Below, one piece after another: positions 57,670-64,000 of a DNA stretch of 64,000 nt. A model generated the notes under the pieces. The model was not told where the DNA came from. It made no database searches and was given only the letters and a program-made list of their open reading frames with translations. The stretch is from Camelus ferus (taxonomy: Eukaryota), in assembly GCF_009834535.1 (NCBI RefSeq), contig NC_045704.1:76136001-76200000 (forward strand), written 5' to 3'. Positions within the stretch are counted from its first letter, which is position 1. Every line of letters starts with the position of its first letter. Position numbers and translations under genes: made by a program.

Positions 57670-58070
57670 TCTGCAGTGCTGAGAGCAGAGTTCTGGAGAC
57701 CAGCTGCGCATCGTTCAAATCCCTGCTCTAGCTCATAGCCTGGAAGCCTTGAATTTCTTTCTTTCTTTTTTTCTGTTTTTCTTTTTTCGGTCTTTTTGTT
57801 GGGGGAGGTAATTAGGTTTACTTATTTACTTTTGATGGAGGTACTGGGGATTGAACCCAGGACCTTGTGCATGCTAAGTGTGCACTCTACCACTGAGCTA
57901 TACCCTCCTCCCCGGAAGCCTTGAATTTCTTAATCCCTCAGTATTCAAATTCCTCATCTATAATTATTAATAGTCCCAATTCCATGGGATTATTTTTAAA
58001 TTTGTGTGAAATATGCCAAAAGCACTTAGCACAATGTCAGGTGCTTAGAAGTATCTAGTCAGGGTTAGCT
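57670..58070 (+). mobile_element. MIR SINE split by a young SINE
   Basis: tctggagaccagctgcgcatcgttcaaatccctgctct...[SINE]...ttcctcatctataatt...aagcacttagcacaatgtcaggtgcttag. Confidence 0.7.
57760..57913 (-). mobile_element. tRNA-Ala-derived SINE (Vic-1-like), young copy
   Basis: Reverse complement reads GGGGAGGAGGGTATAGCTCAGTGGTAGAGTGCACACTTAGCATGCACAAGGTCCTGGGTTCAATCCCCAGTACCTCCA...AAACCTAATTACCTCCCCC plus an A-rich tail; perfect 18-bp TSD ggaagccttgaatttctt at 57742-57759 and 57914-57931. Confidence 0.96.
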
Positions 58071-58416
58071 CTGTCTATTTCTTTAAGTCACTTATCCGTG
58101 GCCTCACAGCAAATAAGTGGCAGAGGCAGAATTTGAACCTAAGCTGTCTGATTCCAGTGCCGTAACTCATAGTCTGTAAGTCATTTTGCTGTAGGTCTCC
58201 CACTTCAAATAACGTATTGCGGTAGAAATCAGAAATTCGTGTGTTGAAATGAAAAGAGAAAGGTTAAGGGGCTGCAGAGGCAGAAAGAGTATGTGAGAGG
58301 CATTTTATAATGTATCACCTTTTGAAAAAGACATCTCCAAATCTCTGATTTTTGTGCTAGCTGATTTTCCACAAGGCCTTGTGTGGCTGGTGCCAGTCCA
58401 AGGCAAGGAGTACAAC

Positions 58417-58637
58417 CAGAGGCTGATTCAGGTTTTGTAGTGCCTAAAATTTATGCCCCCTGAAAGGGGGGCTTATTAAGGAAAAACCTTCATTAAGTAA
58501 AAAATATAATAATATCGTATTCGTGAAAAAAATACCAAAGCGTTTGACTATGTGAACACACTGTTAAGGTCTTTCTCATGGTCTAGGAAAGGCTCTGATG
58601 CTTCAGCTTCATTCATTTGATGGTGAATCCTTACCCA
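58417..58637. mobile_element. hAT-Tip100 (MER115/Zaphod-like) internally deleted remnant
   Basis: Starts cagaggctgattcaggttttgtagtgcctaaa; ends gactatgtgaacacactgttaagg...gcttcagcttcatt...ggtgaatcc. Subfamily assignment is from memory. Confidence 0.55.
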
Positions 58638-60149
58638 GCCAAACCGTAGCCCCAAAATGGCACGCCTGGTTTCCCTTCCGGTTTTGTTTCACAAAGGGCA
58701 GGCCTTGAACTTCTTTGCTGTCTTGGTACTTTTATTCGAAACACTACTGATGGACTATATGTACAGACCTCTAACTCACAGGAAATGCTGGTGGATAACA
58801 TGCTTTCCAGAATAAATATATTAAGTTATAAAAAACGGAACAGGCAGACTGTATGGGTTTTTCATACCTACTGCCAGGTGGCACAGATCTAAATGTTGGA
58901 GCCTTTTTATAAGCAAGATTAAATTGACTCATGACAGCTGGTCACTAAAATACAGGAAGTGCAGACCTGGTTGAAAGCGAGAACATACTGGTTTTCATCA
59001 AGCTTGCATCACAGAATAGAGCTCACTTTTTTTTAAAAAAGTCTGTCTTAGCAATGCCCTTATTTGACAGTGTGGACGATTTGTCACTTATACACCAGGG
59101 GATCTCTGAGGTACAAGCGAGTCCGTTAGTTCTGTCTGCAGTGTCTCAGTGTGAGTTGTGTGCGTGCGAACAGCGTCGGTGAATAGGCTTAGCTCTCCAG
59201 AACATCAGATATGTGACCGCGAGCAAGGCCTGTCAGGTCTCCGCTCGTACAGTTCCTCCCCCTCCTGATGTGACGGAAGCCGTGGCAGCCGGATGGCCAT
59301 GGAAATGGATAATGAATCTGTCAGAGACAAGTGGATGTCATGGAAGTCTGCCCTCCACCTCATCACAAGGCTGGAGGTCACAGCACCAGGAACTGAGAGC
59401 AATCGCCCAGCACTGTGAAATCCATTGCTTTTTTTTTTTCCCCCGTTGAAGAAAAGCCACTCTGTCATGGGTTCTAAATAAAGGATTTTAGCATCTGACT
59501 GGAATGGGGTGATGAGAATAAACTGAGCTGTGGAATGTGAAAGGGAGCTATTTCCAAACAGAGTCCCACCTTGTGACGCTTCAGTGTCTGCTCTCCCAAG
59601 CTTGGCCCTGGCACAGCCGTTGTCACAATGAACGAAGGAAGACAGCCTGGAAGCTGAGCTCGGTCAGCAGATTTACTGCTGGAGAAGTTACAGTTGTCGC
59701 CAGCGTCCAAGCAATGTTCTGCCAAACTTCAGCTGAACCAGGGTGGCCATCCTTACACGAGCTGTTGAAGCTAAAAGATGCACATTCCAGAATAATTATG
59801 CTACACACATGCTCTGTTTTTCCTCTTCTCTAAGTCGTGTTCTTCTCCTGGGTCTTTCAGGCTTTTTCTAGGATAGTTCTTGTGTTGGGTTTTGGACATT
59901 TGACAAATCCTCTGGAGTTTAAATGCAATTAAATTGGGTTTACAAGGTCTCACCAGTTTTATAGAGTTCCGTCTGCCCAGTATAAGGTCAGCTGTGAAAG
60001 CCAGTGGTGAGGGCATATGGCAATTTTCAGCACACATCATGGGGTATTTGATTTAATGCCTATTCTCTATTTTCAGTCCATTGCTGTGTTCATCATAGTA
60101 GAAGAGGCACATGAAGTTCCTGCTTTCAGGAAACGTACTTGTTTATTAG

Positions 60150-61950
60150 CCCCTTGTTTGTTTGTCAGACATTTTTTAAACACTTATTATGTGCCAAGTA
60201 ACTAGACACATGCTAAGCATGTTACAGTAAATAAGGCAAGTATGTCTGCTGCTTCCAGAAGCTTACACTCCAGCAAGAGTGACAGAAGAATAAACAGCTA
60301 CAACACGGCCTAAGTCTACAGCAGTGACAGTGCAGGCTCCATCCTGTGACTGGCATTGCCTCGTGTCAGAGGAGCTCATAGGAAAGGCATTCCGGTGGGT
60401 CAGAGAAGCGTTCAGATAGTCAGCAGCTGTTTTTTGAGTGTCACCTAGGAGCCAAACACTGAAATTTCCAAGTTCATGTCCGAATGGCAAAAATTATGCA
60501 GGTAAAGGAGGCAGAGGTATGCTCTAGGCAGAAAAAAACAGCTTATAAGGTAACCCAACGGCAAAGTTTGTAGAACTAATGGTAGAGTTGGTGGTGGTGG
60601 AGTTGAGACTGGAGAAGCGACAAGAGATAGATTTCAAAGGGACTTGTGGGCCATGTTATAGATCTTGGACTCTATTCTGACAATAATGGGAAATTTTTCA
60701 ATGGTTCTAAGCCAGGGTGACCCAAATATTTTTCTGTAAATGATTGTTTTGACTTTTGTGATGAGCTTGAGCTAAAGAGGAACATGGCTGGAGGCAGAAA
60801 GATCTCTTTAGAAGCCATTGTAATGAGCCAGGTCAAAGATGATGATGATATCAGCTAGGAAAGTGGCAACGGCTGGAACTGTCTGGATGTGAGAGTCATC
60901 AAGAAGGAGGAAGCTCAGGATTTGGTGAGAGACTGAGGAGGGACAGGTCAGCTAGGAAAGGGAAAGGAAGTGTAGGCATGCTTGACCAGCTGACTGGAAG
61001 GTGACGCAGTATACCGAGGCAGAAAACACAGGAGGAGGAGTAGGTGGGAGGGAAGCCAAAGAATTTAGTTTTGGATATGCTGAGTTTGACGCGCCCAGGA
61101 GAGAGATCCATGATGAAGATACAGCACCAGGGCTTTTCAACTTGTTGGTCAGATAACCTTCACCTAGTGATAACGAAAGGAGAGGGTTCTCTGGATCCCA
61201 GAGAATCTCTGAATCTCCTACAATGTTTCCAAATGTTTGAGTTTATTTTGCATATGTTCATTTTTGTCCTAGGGAAAAAATGATGCAAGTTTGCTTTAAA
61301 ATGTGTATAACTCAAAGGCAGTTACGGACCGCAGAGGAAATTGAAAGGACAACCTGGATAACAATGCCCAAGGAGGGTCGCTTAGGCTGACTGTGCTGGT
61401 CCAGAACCCAAAGAATAGCACATGGAGACAGCGCACAGAAGACGGTTCTGAAAAAGACCTTGAGAATCCAGTGGGGAGAGAGTGTCGGGGAAAGGGAGTG
61501 GGTCACAGAGTCACATGCCCCTACGGGGTCAAGACGAGGAAAGTACTGTTGGATTTTCAACAAGGAGGTCACGGGTGATCCTGGCTGTGGTTAGTTAGAA
61601 ACATCTGAGTGAATGGGAGATGAGAAAAAGGAGATGGCAAGTGTCGAAAACTCAAGAAGAGAAAGTAGAGTGTTAAAGAGGTAGTTAGAAAGGAAGACTA
61701 GACTACGAAGTGGATATTTTTCTTCCTTAATATGCAATGAGTAAAATCTAAAAGCAGACAGAGCCTTAAGTAACAACCAACCAAACCAAACACACAAAGA
61801 CGTTTAAGGAAATCAGAACCATAGAGATCAGGGTATCTACTGTGGGCAGGATGGGTGTCAGGAAAGAGTTATGAATTGAGTTGAGCCTTGAATGATTAAT
61901 AAGCTTTTGGAGAGTTGAAGATGAACCATGAATTGAAAGAAATCTGAGAA
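60150..61950 (-). mobile_element. Long L2 relic
   Basis: aaacacttattatgtgccaag...gaagcttacactccag...ggccatgttatagatcttggactctattctg...aatttagttttggatatgctgagtttga...gagatggcaagtgtcgaaaactc. Confidence 0.8.
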
Positions 61951-63864
61951 AAATAAGACTAAATATTCATCCATTCTCCTTTCACTTCCTTTTGTTATTT
62001 GAAGAACATTTTCTCAGCGAATATAAAGTCCTCAGAATGGAAATTGCCTGTAACTCAGAGAACTACCAGCATGGTAGTATTAACGGTTACAAGATATATA
62101 ATCCAATTTACAATTACTACTTGCGTGTCTTCACACTTGAAACCAGCATATTCTTTGGGGTCACATTGTTCATTTCCTCATTTGGAATTTTTAACACCAG
62201 AGTGGGTGCTAAATCAGTATAAGCTGCTGCTTCTATCACTTAGGTTTCTAACATCTTCCACATATATAAACACACCCATAAATAAAGGTGCTAATGGGGG
62301 AAGGAGAAAGATCCTTTAATAAGCAACTGAGCACAAGTAACTCCCGGCATGTAGGAGACTGTTATAAGACCTAGCTCCTAATTAATCACTGTCTGTTTCA
62401 CTTAACTGATTTTTTTTTCTCTTTTTTAAAGAGTGTGCAAATGTTAACTTTTAAAGATTGTGTTTATGTGTTGAGGCTGAATAGGTATTATTTAAATAGT
62501 AGCCTTTCAGCTCATTCTACTTTCTAACGCTATAGAGGGCAGAGTGGAGCTACAGGTATGACAGATCGTAGTTGACCCCTGAGGAAGCTGCGGCTTGGTC
62601 TTACCCAGGGAGGTTTGAACGGGTGGCCATTGCTTTGGGGGCTACACCTCTCAGTTAGAAGAGAGCCCAGCAGCTCTTAGGAATGGTCTTTGCCGCTCCT
62701 TTGCTTCCTCGCCATAGTTTGGGTCAGTGTTCCAAACAGACCATCAGTACCCAAGAAAGAAACTTGGGTGTCTCTGTACAGACATTATAGAAACCAACAG
62801 CAGTTGTTAAAGAACCTTATCTTCTTACCTAAGAAAGAATATTGTTATATTTCTTAATTCATGACATGTGCCACAAAAGAAAACGAATGTAAAGCACTAC
62901 AATATTTCTTTGTCTTTATCAAGCTTGGCTTTCTGTATTTTTGACGTAGTTCCTCGAAGAGGCCAGACCAGTTTAAAAGTGCACGCACACACACCCACGC
63001 ATTTTCGGGTTCTGACTCTGGCAGCCCCAGGCCTGGGTATCCAGGTTCTCTCCTGTGTGTGGACACATCTCTTCCCACATACATTCTGACCTCTGGTCAC
63101 AGACATTCTGTTGACCTGGGTTTTCCTGCTCCAGAGGATACGGCTCGTGCTTGGTGTGTTAAATTTATAACCTGCTACCTCAACAAGTAACACGTTGGCC
63201 TTTGCAATTCTACAGTCAAAGACTTTGGATGTGGGAATGTGTTTTGTGGAAACTGCATGTTCTGTTGCTGCCTCTCATATATCCCAGCTTTATTCATGGG
63301 CACCAAAGGGAAAGCCTTGGCTCATGACCGCAAACCCCTGCCACACACAGGTTTTTGTTTTCTAGGATTCTAAGCATCTTGTTTCCTGAGTCATCTGACC
63401 CATTTCTGAGAGACCTTTGTGATTATTTTACATGACTAGGAAATCTGAGGACTACTCAGGTTGGTTAGAGGCCTTGGTGGAAAAACTCTTCTGACTGAGG
63501 AATGTCATTTTAGAGCCCAGAATGAAAACACCTGATTACAACCTCTTGGGTCTATAAAATAAATCCAAATAACAGATTGTCTCAATGGTTATATTTCTTT
63601 TTAAACCAATAAGAACTGTCTTTCTGGTTTAAGGAAAAACAGAAGATGACACTTTCCTTCAAACCCAGATGCTTTGTCGTAGATTTGGATAATAGCACAG
63701 AAAAACCGCTCCCTAGTGGCAGTATGTTGGGTATTTGTTGGGAAACCCTTAATTGTGGAGCACAGGTGCCCTAGGGGACCTTCAGACCCCACTGAATTGA
63801 CTGACTGGTATTAGGATTCCTCGAAGTGTGATGTGAGGTCAAGCTGTAGCATAACCCCACCCCC

Positions 63865-63975
63865 AACCCCATTGGTCCTTGTTTAAGAGATTCTGCATAT
63901 CGGGCCTGCAAATCTGTATTTTATCAAGAGCCTCTAGGTAGCACTCAAGTGCTGCAGGTTGTGAGAGCCACAGTC
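63865..63975. mobile_element. MER5-like hAT remnant
   Basis: gagattctgcatatcgggcctgcaaatctgtattttatcaagagcctctaggt...gttgtgagagccac. Confidence 0.55.
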
Positions 63976-64000
63976 CTAGGAGACAGATGCGGAAAGCCTT

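Larger units (their letters stand above)
1..64000 (+). other. NTNG1: Interior of the netrin-G1 gene: end of the upstream intron (1-8225), LN-domain exon (8226-8866), start of a long downstream intron (8867-64000+)
   Basis: One recognisable NTNG1 exon with canonical splice sites. Neither the preceding exon (ending ...TFCAM) nor the following one (starting CKCNLHA...) was seen in the window, consistent with the very long introns of this gene. Confidence 0.88.

Noticed and set aside
17234-57913. Four tRNA-Ala(AGC)-like sequences (17234, 41705, 43726, 57760) as functional tRNA genes
   Set aside because: Each has stem-disrupting substitutions, an A-rich tail and flanking direct repeats, so they are SINE copies.
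41705-57913. Inverted SINE pairs forming dsRNA for editing or circularisation
   Set aside because: The nearest inverted copies are ~14-16 kb apart, short, and do not flank an exon.
1-64000. CRISPR arrays, operons, rRNA, snRNA, 7SL/7SK or NUMT sequences
   Set aside because: None was seen; the window is eukaryotic intronic DNA and no segment resembled these RNAs or mitochondrial genes.

Overview
Mammalian genomic DNA, most likely from a camelid (camel/alpaca/llama group). The species call rests on a tRNA-Ala(AGC)-derived SINE family with a CCTAATTACCTCCCC tail that resembles camelid Vic-1 as I recall it, and on the absence of Alu, Bov-A/B, PRE-1, Can-SINE and B1/B2 elements. The whole window lies inside the + strand netrin-G1 gene (NTNG1). 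Only one coding exon is present: 8226-8866 (641 nt), encoding most of the laminin N-terminal (LN) domain, with a 260-nt N-run inside it that preserves both frame and expected length. The rest is intron filled with L1, L2, MIR, MaLR LTR and hAT relics, four lineage-specific SINE copies, microsatellites and eight short N-runs. Apart from the NTNG1 exon and a decayed L1 ORF2 piece, I found no credible coding sequence among the listed ORFs. I did not find a clearly new biological system. The best leads are: (1) a ~190-nt insertion at 46264-46451 with a 16-bp target-site duplication (TSD) and poly(A) tail that matches no TE I recognise and is built from three GGAGG-CTAGT-(RTCT)n units; (2) several routes to a short, secreted, LN-only or NMD-targeted netrin-G1 (in-frame stop at the donor, a very strong cryptic acceptor at 28797, a competing acceptor at 8143); (3) a mosaic old/young L1 3' end; (4) a possible CR1/L3 reverse-transcriptase relic in an open frame; (5) CpG-rich patches, including a MIR that has become GC-rich. 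Repeat subfamily names come from recalled consensus sequences compared by eye, and boundaries of old repeats are approximate.
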